From Glaucostegus cemiculus (taxonomy: Eukaryota): 64,000 bases of DNA. Both the position numbers and the translations under genes were made by a program. Shown here in pieces: positions 13,300 to 26,860 of this stretch; the stretch's first letter is position 1, and each line of letters starts with the position of its first letter. The DNA lies in the NCBI GenBank assembly GCA_976551045.1, contig CDPCPM010000281.1:10540001-10604000 (forward strand). The letters are read 5' to 3'. The notes under the pieces were generated by a model, which saw only the letters and a list, made by a program, of their open reading frames with translations, searched no databases and had not been told where the DNA came from.

Positions 13300-14830
13300 A
13301 AGCTGAAGAGTTTACAAGTATCTTCAACTTTAAGTACTGAGTCGATGATCCATCTCAGCCTCTTCCTGAAGTTCTCACAAATTCAATTCACTTCACCTGA
13401 TACCAAGAAATAGCTGAGAGTTAGAGATGGAACAATGGCTATGACCTCCAACTATAGTGCTCAAGATCTATCATCCAAAACCAGCCACACACCCCATACC
13501 CAAGGTAAAAAATTGCCCACATCCAGTCCGGGACAGCAAGACAAACTAACTTAGCTAATTACTTCTCCATTAGCCTAGCTCAGTCATCAGCACAGTGATG
13601 GAAAGAGTTGTCAACAGTGTTATACATCAGCACTTAATCACCAATAACCTACTCAAGGATGCTCCGTATGAGTTCCACAGGGAGCATAGCTCCAGCTGTC
13701 ATTACAGCCTTGATCCACACACAGATAAAACAGCTGAATTCCAGGTGTGACACAAGTGTAACACAACTGAGGCAACATTTGACCACATAACATGAAGGTG
13801 CCTCAGTAAAAGTCAATGGTAATCAGGAGTAAACTCGCCACTTACTGGTATCATACCTAGAACAAAGGAATATGGTTATAATTAGTGGGGTCAATCATCT
13901 AAGACCCAAGGCTTTGCTGAAGGAGTTCCTTACGCAAGCATTCTAGGGTCTAATTCTCTTTGGCTGTTTCTTCAATGACCCCTTCACTCCATTCCAAGGT
14001 CAGGAATGAGGACACTTATAAATAATTGTACATCGTTCAGTTCCATATGCAATTCCTCAGATAATAAAGTTCATCACAGGCAAAACTCTCAATAAAATTT
14101 AGTCTTGGGCTAACAAATGGCACTTAACAATTGTACCACAAAAGTACAAGGTGATACCCATTTCTAACAGAGCTAATCACCTCTCCTTTACTTTTAATGA
14201 CATTATAAATGACCAAAACCTCACTAGAAAAATCCTGGGGTCTTCTTTGACCAGAAACTTAAATGTCTAGCTACATAAATGTCTTCAGGAGCAGGTATTC
14301 TGCAGTGTGTGACTCCCCTCCTAATTCCCCAAGCTATTCCTTCATTTACATGGAACAACTCAGACATACCATCTGTCTTCCTCAGAAAATCCCCAACAAC
14401 AATTCATTAACTGAATATAAACCAAGCCAAAGTAGCTTGCTGGATTGGCAGGCACTCTTCCCTCTTAAACCACCACTCTCCTCAACGTCAGAGCACCACA
14501 GTTGCCATATTTACCATCCACAAGATGCAATGCAGCCACTGGCCAAGGCTCAGTCAGAAGCAGCTCCTAATCTTGTGACCTCTAAACCATGAATTCCACC
14601 ATGTATTAGGACAAGGGCAACAGATACATGGAAATGCTCATATCTCAATATAAGTTATTCTGATTTGGTAATCCTTCACTGCTGCTGGATCAAAGTTTTG
14701 CAACTCACGAAATTCACTCCAGAATTATCCTTAACATTTGGACCTCAACAATCCATGAGGCAACTCATTTACCACTATCCTCTCAAAAGTAATTAACCAA
14801 TAACTCCTGGCCAAATGAGAAATGCCCACC
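13300..14830 (+). mobile_element. Decayed LINE (CR1/L2 group) RT domain to 3' end
   Basis: Broken frames resemble HLITNNLL.DA.Y.F, LVSYLEQRNMV, GVP..SILG, F.NDP and ILGSSLTRNL. A-rich end at about 14820-14830. Related fragments at about 4535-4810 (-), 15340-15600 (-), 24570-24960 (-) and 59715-60420 (+). Confidence 0.72.
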
Positions 14831-16640
14831 TCCCATTAAAGAAAAAAAATCAAAGGAAGATACGAAAATTTATCCTATGTGCAGAGTTCAGTTTGAATAT
14901 TTTCCTAAGGGCAATGGAACGAGCCTATGCTTTGAAGTCTGCCCTTTCGTGTGGATTAGTATGGATAGGATATTACAGCTTTTGAAAAGCATATGTGCGA
15001 CACCTAGAATTTAACTTACTAACTCCACAGCAGAGAGAAAATCAAATTGAACAGATTCATTGAGGCAACAAATGAACAAAATCTTCTCTGTTCAAGATCA
15101 AGGACCACTGTGACAGGTTAAGGCAGAGACCAGTCTATGTAATGAAAGGCAGCCTAGCCCAAAGAAAACCCTGAATGATTCAGTAACAGGGTTATTGAAA
15201 AGGTGTGGTTTAACTGTTAATCAGTAGTGCAATCTCTGATTTTATGGAATAATGAAGATAAATTTAAATTATATTTAAACAAGCTGAGAATTGCTACAAA
15301 TGTTGGTTTATACATTCATATATAGACTTTTATTTTTCAGGATGTGGGCATCACATACAGTCCAGCATTTACTGCAGTCCTTCATTGCCCAATTGCCCAT
15401 AAAAAGCCAGTGTTGATGCATCTTTTTACACTGCTGCAATCCACTTGGCAAAAGTATTCCCACTCTATCACTGGGTACAGAGTTCCTGAATTTAAATCCA
15501 GTGAAGGAATATTAATATATTTCCAAGTCAGGATGGAATGCAACCTGGAGGAGAATGCACTGGTGGTGATATTAAAATATGCTTGTTGCGCTTGTTAGGC
15601 AACTAAGGGAAGGGCAGAAGCAAAATAAAGTGCAGGAAAGAAGTCAGGAAAACAGGAAAAAACAGTACTGGGTAACCTAAGGTTAAATGGTTTCAAAATT
15701 AATAAAATGATTGGAAAACAGCAACACAACAGTTTACAATGGGATTAGGTGGAAAGAAGTACCTTTTAACTTTAGAAGATCAAGAAGAGAAACAAATCAA
15801 ATAACAGCAAGGCAGTGAACAATCAAGTTTTGAATCAGCAACAGGGAAAAGGACGAAACCAGATATGTTGTAATGCAGGAAGTGGAAGGAATACAAACCG
15901 TGGACTAGGAGCAATCATTCAGATGTAAAAATCTAACATCGTTGCTTTAAGTGAAACATCAAGATGTGGCTTTGATAGGGACTGGAGTATACATTATTTT
16001 ATGAAAGATAAAATAATACAAAAATAATCATTGAAAAAGGTAAACCTAGAAAATTATTTTAAAGCAGAGTGAGAGGAGTAACATCCTGTAACATCACCAT
16101 TTATATATAATCAAAATTTTAACAAAGTCAGTTTTTGCTCAACATTTTTGAGCAGAAAGCAAATAAAAATGTTACAGATGTAGTTTTAATTACACATAAA
16201 CATAGGCACATTAAAATGGCTAAATTTAATTTAGAACATCTGCTGTCCCCACGTGGTCTTGTGCTACTTATTAAAACTTTACTGCATAATCTACTACAAT
16301 GAAGAAAAAGCCAATACTCAATGCAGCAACAGAGCTATATGAGTTTTAATCTTAACTAAGTAATCTTTTAATTACCTTCCTATAAACACAACCATAATTT
16401 CCTTCTAAATTGCTTAGGCCCTCTGATGTGTAATATACTCAAGACTACATTTCATAAGAACTGGTTCTCCATAAAACATCTGTTGAAGTTAACACACAAT
16501 ATTCTTTGAGTACTTAATATGTCATTGTTTACTTTATACTTCTCTGCAACCAATGTGCACTATAAAATTCCCAAGCTCAATAGCTCAGGTATTGTGTCTC
16601 ACAGAGAAACAGCAATTCCAAATACAAAATAACCACAAGA

Positions 16641-16701
16641 GCACACACGTGCGTGCACATGCACACACGCGCGCGCGCGCACACACACACACACACACAC
16701 G
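16641..16701. repeat. Compound (CA)n/(CG)n alternating purine-pyrimidine microsatellite
   Basis: 61 nt of unbroken R/Y alternation, including (CG)6 and (AC)10. Confidence 0.95.
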
Positions 16702-16935
16702 ACTCAACACACAAAAAGTGCTAGAGGAACTCAGCAGGTCAAGCAGCATCTATGGAGGGAAATGAACAGTCAACATTTCAGGCCGAGACCCTTCATCAGG
16801 TCTGGAAACGAAAAGAGCAGAAGCCAGAAATAAAGGGGTGAGGGAGGGGGAGGAACATGAGCTGGATGGTGATAGGTGAATCCAGGTGATGGGGGAAGAT
16901 ATGTGGGTGGGGGAGAGGGGGAGTGGGAAAATTAT
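16702..16935 (-). mobile_element. Penelope-like element tail with hammerhead-like motif
   Basis: The reverse complement matches the tail of the 57960-58590 element: CCTGATGAAGGGTCTCGGCCTGAAATGTTGACTG...AGATGCTGC..GACCTGCTGAGTTCCTC. Confidence 0.8.
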
Positions 16936-18749
16936 GAGAAGTCTGCACAAAGGACTCGAATGGTACAAGCACATTTAAGTACTGCTTTTTGTTTAATAGA
17001 CAAAACTAAAATAAAAAACAACTGAAGTTGACATTGAGAGTATTTGTAAAATTATGTCATGACATCTATAAATTTCAGCAAGGTGGTCCCTCCTAGTGAA
17101 TTTCAGACAAATTGCAATCATAATTGTTGAGACAATTCTGTCTGACTATTTAAGTGCATTTGGAAACAATATACTTCAAAAAAAGTATACTGCAGATGCT
17201 GGAAATCTGAAATAAAATCAGAAAATGCTAGAAATGCTAAAATCAGATGGCATCTACAAATAAAGAAAGCATTGGTCTTTTGTCTGAATTGATCTCAACA
17301 GTTGTATATGTTATTGAAAACATTTTAAAAATATAAATTAATTTTGCCTTTTGAGATACAAAGATAACAGAAATCTGGTTAATTTTCAGTTTTTTTAAGA
17401 CTTTGTTTTAAGTTATATTAGTGAGCAATCAGAAGCTCACAAGAAATATGTGATCTAATGTTTGCCAGCAAATCTAATTCATCTTTAAGCATTTTGCTGT
17501 GTCTACAGCTTAGCAAAGATGATGAAATGAGCCAACAAAAACCATGATACAGAGGACTTGTGGTTGATAGCAACAATGTCACTTGCTACAACAACTAGGT
17601 TTGAGAAGCAAAAAGTGAGGATCTTACCTTTTAATTTGAAGTTAGGAATCTTCTTTACAAAATTTTCATCATCCACAAATCAGGCAAAAATATCTGCTGG
17701 AAAAAAACTGTTGCTATGCTAACTCCATCTAATGCAAAAATGATAGTTGCTATTTCAGAATGACATTCTTTGCCCTGAATGTCTTATCAACTGTGAACAG
17801 CACATTGTAACCATACATCATTATTAAGGGAAAAGTAATGCCCAATTGCTGAAGTCTGATTTTTTTTCATATCAATTAAATGCTGGGAGCCTTTTTGCTA
17901 TTTTTTATTCCAGTAGCACTCTAGGTTTGCTTTCGATTTGGTAAAATAATTTCATTATTTCTGATTTTGCTGTGCGGTAGTGATTTCAATTATGCTAAGC
18001 AAGGGCTGTTTAAGAAAACCAAATGATCAGAATTAGAAAAAATGGGGACTTTAGAGAGTCATTGACCATCTGTACCAGTATAAAGGGTATTAACTTGTCA
18101 ATCAGGAAGGCGGGCATCACAGTGAAATGGATTAATTTTTTCTTTGCTTTTCAATATCCTTATGTCATCATGCCATACTACTTTGTTCATTAAACCTGTT
18201 CTTCAAATTATTTGCCAATTACCCTGAAGTCACATGTTCTTATTAATTCACAGTCTGTAATGTGCAACTGGCCCTCGAAACAGTCAAATAATCACTCTAT
18301 ATTTAGTGCGAGAGCTATTCATAATGGCTTTTATTGTAGTAATAATCTTATTCTCAATGACACCCACAAACATGTACCTTCCAGTTGGGATCACTGGACA
18401 ATAAACAGAGGCAGCTAAACATGGATGATCAGTTTTGCCTTTCCCTTCCAAAGGACATTACAACCAACTGTAGTATGTCATGGGGCTTCAAACTACAGCA
18501 GCTTAGAACAGACCCAGAATCAAATTAGCACCTCTTGCTTGTACCGTCTTCTTGTACTCACTAGTACCTTTTGGAAAGGGAAGCTCATCAAGATGTCCTT
18601 GAGATATTTTTGTGAAGCACTGAATACTGCTTTCACATATTAACATCTTCCTAGTCAGCAATTTTTAAAACAAGGAAAACATAGTGTGAGTCTGAATTTA
18701 ATGATCCTTTTTAAGCAAAAGCATCCATGCTTTCTTAAACACTAGTGAT

Positions 18750-19674
18750 GTTGGATGGATCACAGATGGAAATGAGTAGGCGTACAGGAGTGAGTTAGGA
18801 CACCTGGTTGAGAGGTGCCACAACAACAATCCCTCACTCAATGTCTGTAAAACTAAAGAGCTGATTGTTGATTTCAGTAAGGGAAAGGAGGGCGAACATG
18901 CACCAGTCTATATTGGGGCGGGGGGGGGGCAGTGAAATCGGTGGTAGAGAGAGTCAGCTGCTTTTATTTCCTGGGTGTCGACGTATCAAATGACCTATCC
19001 TGGGCCCAGCACATAGATGCAATCGCAAGGAAGGCATGCCAGCGTCTTTACTTTCTTACAAGGTTAAGTATGGCACCGAACACTCTGACAAACTTCTACA
19101 GATGCACTATTGAAAGTATCCTGACTGGTTGAATGTTGGTCTGGAACTACAATTTAAATGCGCAGAAACATAAGAAGCTACAGGGAGTAGTGGACTCTGC
19201 CCAATACATCACGGGCACATTCCTTCCCACTATCAGTAGTATCTACATGAGGTAACTCCTTGTTACCTTCTTGAGAACATCTATCATCAAAGATCCCCAC
19301 CATCTGGGCCATGCCATCTTCCCTAGCAGCCATCAGGCAGGAGGTACAGAAGCATGAAGTCCCACACCTTCAGGTTCAAGAACAGTTACTTCCCTTCAAC
19401 CATTTGCTTCTTGAACCAACCTGCACAATCCTAATCACTACCTCAGTATAGCAACACTTTGACCACTTTGATTACTTTACATTACAATGGACTTTGATTT
19501 TATTTGTTCTAATTGCGTTTTCATGTAAAATTTGTGTATAATTTATATTTATGTTTTTTCTCGTGAACGCTGCTTACCTGATGCTCTGTGCCTGTGATGC
19601 TGTGCAAGTAAGTTTTTCATTGCACCTGTGCATTCACGCACTAGTGCATATGACAATAAACCAACCTTTGACCT
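18750..19674 (+). mobile_element. 5'-truncated Rex1/Babar-like LINE
   Basis: LNVCKTKELIVDF, FYFLGVDVSNDLSW, RLYFL, TNFYRCTIESILTG and IIKDPHH. 3' UTR ends gacaataaac. Confidence 0.85.
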
Positions 19675-20504
19675 TTTTTTTCACTTTTAATATTCTCCTT
19701 TAGGCTTATTCAATCCAAGATGTTACTTCATTACCTTATTTTGTAAAAATCTGGTGAATTTTTCCATCAATTATCCATTATTACCTGCAAATTTATCTTG
19801 CTCATCCTTTAATGGCCCAATCCTTAATTTGTTCTTCTCTTTATTTCTGTAACTGCATAGTATTGTTTTGTTGCATTCCTTGACAATTTCTATAACTTAC
19901 TTCTTCATGGTTGCTTGAAACTTTTCTCACAAGTTCAATTCCCTTTTGCCCTCCTTGCTTTAGTACCCATTTAGTTCTTGTATCTTATGTTCTTTGCTTT
20001 TGATTTTCTCTTTGCTTTTTATTGCTCCACATTACCCCATGAATAGCTTGCTTGCATTTGGCTCCAATAAAATACGTTTGTCTTGAAAGCTATTGATCGC
20101 CTTCTTTTTTGTACTTTGTTTTGCAAGATTTTGTCAGTTTACCTGCCTGTTTTACTTTCATTTCCTCGTTACATACTCTCCTCCAAGCTATTAATTTTTG
20201 TCTTAATGTCACTCTTGATTCTGATCTTGAACCATTCTGTTGATTATGTATTCTACAATATTCTTCCACTCTTGGAATTCTTCTCTATTCTCCTTCACCT
20301 TAAATTACAAGATCCAGCAGTATTGTTTTTCATGTTGGACATCTGAATGAAGGAAGATTCCTGCAGGGGCTGTAAAAATTGATTCTCATTTCTCCTTTCA
20401 TTACAGCTTCTTTCCAGATGTTGAATTTAATTACTCTGCAGTTGCTACTCATCTCCTAGATGTGCCTGACTATTTCTTCTTCTTCCACTATTTGATGGTC
20501 ATTA

Positions 20505-20765
20505 CAGTGGCACTGCACTAGTACTCAGAGGCCTGGACTAATTATTCAGAGGATCGAGTTGTAGGATTCGAATAGCAGCTGGAGAAGATAAACTCAAATT
20601 CAGAATAAGACCTAGAATCAACAAGGTGACCATGGAACCACTAGACTGTTGCAAAATGCATCTGGTTCACCAGTGTCCTTAAGGGAAGGAAATCTGCCAT
20701 CTTTACCAGATCTGATAATATGCAACTACAGCCACAAAGCAATGTTGACTCATAACCATCCAATA
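20505..20765 (+). mobile_element. Probable tRNA-derived SINE
   Basis: Body catctggttcaccagtgtccttaagggaaggaaatctgccatctttacc, recalled as an abundant elasmobranch SINE-type repeat. The head is decayed. Confidence 0.5.
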
Positions 20766-23700
20766 AAATAGTTTGCTTTGTCTAGATCTGCCGCTGTTCA
20801 TCTGCTGGTAAGGACTGTCCCAATTCTAAATGGCAAAGCCTTCTACAGTTGCAAAATGCAACTCCTTGGAGAAACAAGAAAAAAAACAACCATAAAACAA
20901 ATGAAAAAAACTTTGATAATTGGCTAAGTTATACTTCATGAGGCAAACAACATTAAAAGGCTGTTAAATATAATACATTTAACTAAAATATAAAAATGAA
21001 AATAAAAAATATATAAATGTTTCAAAACTAATCATTTGAATGCATTTAATGAAAAAATGTAAGCAACCTAACTTACCCTTCTCCCTTGCGGCCATTCCTC
21101 TCCCTTAAAATGAATGCTCCCACTGTACTGGATCTAACCTAATGCAGGTTCAGCTGGCAAATTCCCCAGCATGAAACTTTTGCACTTATGCAAAATAATG
21201 CAAGCTGCCTGATATAGAAATGCTGGTTTGCAAGTTCTTTCCTGTTATCTTTTAATAGCATCTGTATGGATTCTGTATCTAAAGTAATGTCTTCTGTCTT
21301 ATTTTACCTCTAACAAGTACAGCTCCACAACTACACATTCTTTCTTCCCAAGTCCATTACTTTATGCAATATGCAATGCCAATTTTGTTAATTTTGTAGC
21401 CAAGTTTCAGTTTTCCCTGATTGCATGCAGATCTTAACTGGAAAAATCCTCCAATTCATCCGTGTTTGCTTTGATTGCCAGTTTGAACTGTTTTCATTTT
21501 TAACTCTTCACATTGTTTTAGTCATTACTTTACCACCAGGTCTATGGTCTACAATTTAGTTCATTCCTGGCAATCAGCACTCTCCTCATTCGTCCTTTCA
21601 GTGTACCTTTTACTTCTTTTTTCTGATTCTTTTATTAAGATTTCTTTGAATTCTAGCAGTTTCTTCATGTTGTTTTCATGAAAACATAATGTTTTTTATA
21701 TCCCAAATTATTCTTTTCACTAGGCCCACAGTCTCAGCCTCTTTCAAGTGCACTACTCACAGAAGTACAGACCCTACCCATCATAAAGTTAATACCAGTG
21801 TCAAACAGATGGAATTCCCTCTTTTCCCCTCTTTGTTTCAGAGCCTGCCAACTTTCCCAGTTCACACATATTGAGTAATAATCTCAAGATTACTTTTCAG
21901 ATTGTATGTTTTAGTTTACAGAACCTCCGATGTTGTTCTCGCATGGATCATAAAGGCTGGATCCCACCTCGCAAGAGCATCATATCCCAACCTGCTGCAT
22001 TTCCAGCATTCTCTGCTTAATTTCAAATTTCTATCACCAGCAGTACTTTGCTTTAGATTTTTTAAAAATTACTAATGAGCGTTTTTATCAGTTGCAACTT
22101 GGCAACAATTGAAATATTGCAAAGAAAGTAAATTAAAGAATCAGTTTTAAATCTTATTTAAGCATTTTCAAGTTATTCATTCAAGTTATTCATTTATTGG
22201 CTGTACTTACAACCCAATTATATCATGCACTAACCTAGCACAATGGAAATAAAATTACCCAAATATTTCCTTCCAAGCATACTATTCTGAAAATCATTCT
22301 TTTAACATGTTATACTTGAAAATTAGATATTACAGGTAAGCTTGAGGTCCTCTGAGGTCTGCTATCACTATTAGATTTTCTGACAGCAAGCCAAATTGCA
22401 TATATGGAATATTATTTCCTAACAATTTTCCTAACTGCACTATCATCAATCAGTGGTAAAAAATTCCTTTCAATTAATTTGCCATAGTTCTCATATTGGG
22501 TACCAAGTACACATTGATTAATTGAATACTGGTGAGCTAACATTAATCATTGTGGGTAATTTCAAACACCTCTAATATAAATGGCTTAAATATAGAAACT
22601 GGTCACTGAAATAAAATATACCTTATTCCTGGCTACTTAAGGTACTACTGCTATGCACACTGTGGAAAAAATTGCAGAGTCTACCAGGAGAGTTAATTCC
22701 ACTGAGTGACTTTAAACTTTAGGGACTGTACAAAGGAGAATATTATTTTCAAGTGGAATTCTAATTACGGTGATTTAAATTACTGCAGTCAAACATCATT
22801 CGCTTAAATTCTGAAGTTTTGAAGGTTAGATTTAGTCTAAAGAGGAAAAGTTTCAGATATTAGATAAAATGTTACAACAAGGGCTTTAAGCTAACATAGA
22901 AATGGAGAATTTAAAGGGAATTTCAATAGCAGGCTAAGCACAATAGAAGGGACTACAGATAAAAGTTTTCACAAGCTAAGCCAAGTTTGAGAAGGCTGGA
23001 AAGACAATGACAATAGTCAATAACTGTCCAGGGACATAACGCACAACAACACAGACAAAGTCTAGCTGCCTGAGAAGCTGCAAATGACTGACAGCTGTAA
23101 TTTCTAGCAAGGCTGCCAAGCAAGTTTTGCCTTCAACTGGACTCTTCCCCTTACATCCATAAGTCTTTTTTTTTTGTCCCCAAATTCTGATCACAATATC
23201 TCCCTGCCTTTCTGCCTTTTTCCTAACCCCCCCCCCAACAATACAGTCTAATCATTTTCTTTCGTCCTCTTTTCACTCATTTAACAGTCACTCACCCCAT
23301 CCTTATGTTCCATAACTTGAACCATCACTATCCCAAGCCCAGATGAAGAGGCCTTGACTCTCCATCTGGAAGCTTACTTTCTCCTCACTTATTTCCTTCT
23401 CTCCATTTCCTTGCAAAATGCTGTGTTGTTCACAAAGGCACAAAAAGAATCGAATTAAACAGACTAAAAGCAGTTTGTTTCACCTGCTCTGTTTCATACA
23501 TTATCTATTAATATATTCACACTTTTGGTAAAAACAACAGAGGCACAGAAAATAACTGGTATGATCAGGAAGAGACTTGCATCCTTTTTATACTGGGGTT
23601 TCATCTGATGTCAACAGGAGAGGTGATTGTATTTGCACATGGAACTCACTACTTTTGCTCTATTGTATTACATTATGACTCAATGTACACCTTTAGGAAT

Positions 23701-25849
23701 CCAACCAAAAGTTTACTCATCTCAAAGATAGATGTCTGCCATTAAGGGAATATTACATTTGTACAATGAGCATCTTAGGAATCTACAGAACCTTTAAACC
23801 TATCAATCTGAAGTGAAAAGACATCTGACCTTGTATTATGCTTGATGCTTGTATCAGATTCTACAGCTTGAATAGGTAAATGATGCAACAAAAAATGTTT
23901 TCCTCATAACTCAATGGCTTTGTTCAAGTATTAAAAATCATATAATTCATTTCTTCCACTTAATTTCAACTTCAAGATGATTGAAGAATTCATATTATCA
24001 ATGAAGAATAAAAGATTGTAATGCTCAGTGTTGAAAGCACATTTAAAAATCCATTAAACAGCCCAGTTAAAGAGAAAAAGGGCAACTCTCCTCTGTAAAT
24101 TTTCAATTAATTTGATATTGTTGTAATGACATACTTAAAAACTCATTTCTGGATGGCTGCAGAAGGAATGGTTTGCAATGCTTGGAGACACTCTATGGCC
24201 ACTACAATTTTTCAATGAAAGTATGAATTACCATTTCTTGTAAACATTAATACACAAACTGACAAATGGTCAGGGATAAATTACAGATGTGTACAGGAGT
24301 GTGAAATCATTTTAGTCAGTTGCTCAAAATTAATGAAACGCTCCACAGAAACCTACAATCATCTTGAACAATTGTTCTCGATGGAACAATTCTTTTCCAT
24401 CATGAAATTAAAAAAATGTTTGTATTGGCTATTTTAATGTATTTTCATATTTTTGTCATATATCACTATATGTATATATAGTGATATATGTATATATATC
24501 ACTATATATAGATCACTAAAGTAATGGTGAGAAAAGTCAAATTTAGCACACAGTCCTGTGACTGGAGATGATGATGTTTCCACACTAAGGCTGCTCATCT
24601 TGTCCCTCATGGTAGAGGTCACAGATCAAGGAAGTACTGCTGATAAGTTGCCACAATGCACCCGGAACATTGCCCAAATGGCATTCACACCAATCTAACA
24701 AACTGTTTGTCCTGGAAAGCATGGATCTCTTGAGTGTTGCTCTATCCTGGGCAAGTGGCAAGCATTCCATAGATTCCTGATTTGGATTTTGCAGATGGTG
24801 CTTAGGCCTTAAAGGGCAAGGAAGCGATCCACTGATTACCGTAAGTTATTGGTAAAGCTGATCCAGTTCATATTCTGGTCAATCTTGATCCCAAGATGAT
24901 GACGGTGAAGAACTTGGCTAAGAGAAAATGACTGGGCTATCAATGTTTTAAAGGATTTTACATGACCCACACCACAGATCCCAGACCAGAGAAAGCACTA
25001 CCATCAAACGTTTCCTTTCACTTCCTTTGGCATTCTCTCCATTGTTAAAAGGCAGCATTTTTTTTGTGGATCTTCCATCAACCAAAATTAAATCAACTGA
25101 AATATAAATGCACATGTTGGCAATAGTCTCAGGATCCAAGATTCTCAGACTGCTCAAAATTTTATCAAGTGAATCACCAAATATCTATTCATCCAAATGA
25201 ACGTTTCGTAACAGCAAAAATGAGAATCTCAGTATGGGAAGCAACGCATAACCTTTGAAAGGTAATGACTGGAGGTGCAGGTTGTGAATAAATCTGGTAG
25301 AGAATGATGCAATACTGGTGAAGCAATCATCAAAACTGCTGCCTGAGAATAATTTTGAACTGATCAGCAAAGTATGCTCTTCAAAACCTGGAAATCAGTG
25401 AACATCAGATTGCCTTTAAATTTGAAGAAACAGGGAGTAAAGAGACTACATTCCCTTGGTCAGTTCAAAAATTGACATTCTCATCAGCCAAATATCATAG
25501 AAAGTAACATGCAGTAGGTTATTCAACCCATCGCGGCTTGCTGAAAAGAAGGGACCCATTTTGCTCCATTTACAAAATAACTACAATGATAGCTGTTTGA
25601 CCAATCACATCACATCCTTGCAGCAACAAGCTACTCAATTTACTGACGACACTATTTAAAATAAAAACAATCAGTCTAGGATTTGTCATTCCATTACAAT
25701 ACGAATATGGACTAAATGGAATTCCTCCTGTGCTGTAACAACTTAATGGCATACTTTGGTACAACTTTAACATCCCTTGGCTAAATGATTAAATAGAGTC
25801 ATCTTTAGAGTATAGGTTTCTTTCTAAGTGCAACAGTCTCAGGACCCTA

Positions 25850-26205
25850 ATTGAAACGACTAGCAACATAGCCATCAGAACTGCGAACTCTCTCATTCCT
25901 CCATCTTCCTTGTTAACACTAAGGGATGCTAGGTGCACAGAAATGCACCAGCACTTTAAATGCCCGCCACCAGCTCGTTCACTTTAATAACTATTTATTT
26001 AATTACCTGCCATATTTAATTTAACCTGCCGTATTTAATTTAATTTAAACTTCCGTAGTTTTTAATTTTTTTTTGTTGTTCAGTGCATCTGTGTGTCTCT
26101 GCTGTTTGTTATTTAATGGGACGAGCACCTGAGGACGACGGTATCTCGCTCCTATGCATACTATGTATGTATATGGTTGTGACAATAAAACTGATTCTGA
26201 TCCTG
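25850..26205 (+). mobile_element. LINE 3' end/UTR (Rex1-like tail)
   Basis: Ends gtgacaataaaactgattctgatcctga, like the 3716-4240 tail. Confidence 0.55.
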
Positions 26206-26860
26206 AAAGAATTGCTACAGTAATTTCCCAAATCTATACCAGCATATATTCAGTATATTTCTGAATGTTATCAGTATTAACCATTATTTGGAAAGAGTTC
26301 ACAATCCAATGATTCTGTGCATGAAAAACATTCCTTTAATTTCTTCCAAGCAATTAAAAAGGAATTTGGTTGATTTAACTTGAACAATAAGCCTGAGATT
26401 TACAGCTACAACATGAAACGAACTCTTAAAGGTAACAACAATTTAATTATTTGTAATGGCCAATGTCAAATACGTCAAAGCAGTTCTGTATTTTATTATT
26501 TGCATATTGAGTCAGAAAATAAAATTCTTAATCTCAGGATTTATGTTTCAACAGATGTTTCTCACAGTCAGATTATTTTATGTTACTTGTTCTTCATTCC
26601 AGCAAAGTGATACAATTATTTCTTAAACTCAAAAGATAGCTTAACCAGAATTTGATCATCATTTGAACCAAAACAAAAATAAACAGTTAATTATTTTGTA
26701 TTTACTAAAAAATGAAATAAAACATGCATTCTTATTGTTCATTTCATGATTAAAGGGTGACATAAATACTTAATCACCAATCATAAATCTCTTTACAGAG
26801 CAACCATATTTTGTAGTCAAACGTGGCAAATGTTCAATTATATTTATAGTTCATAAGGAA

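Noticed and set aside
25995-26065. Three diverged 20-25 nt tandem units (atttaa..acctgcc.t)
   Set aside because: Ordinary slippage within a LINE 3' UTR, with no unique spacers.
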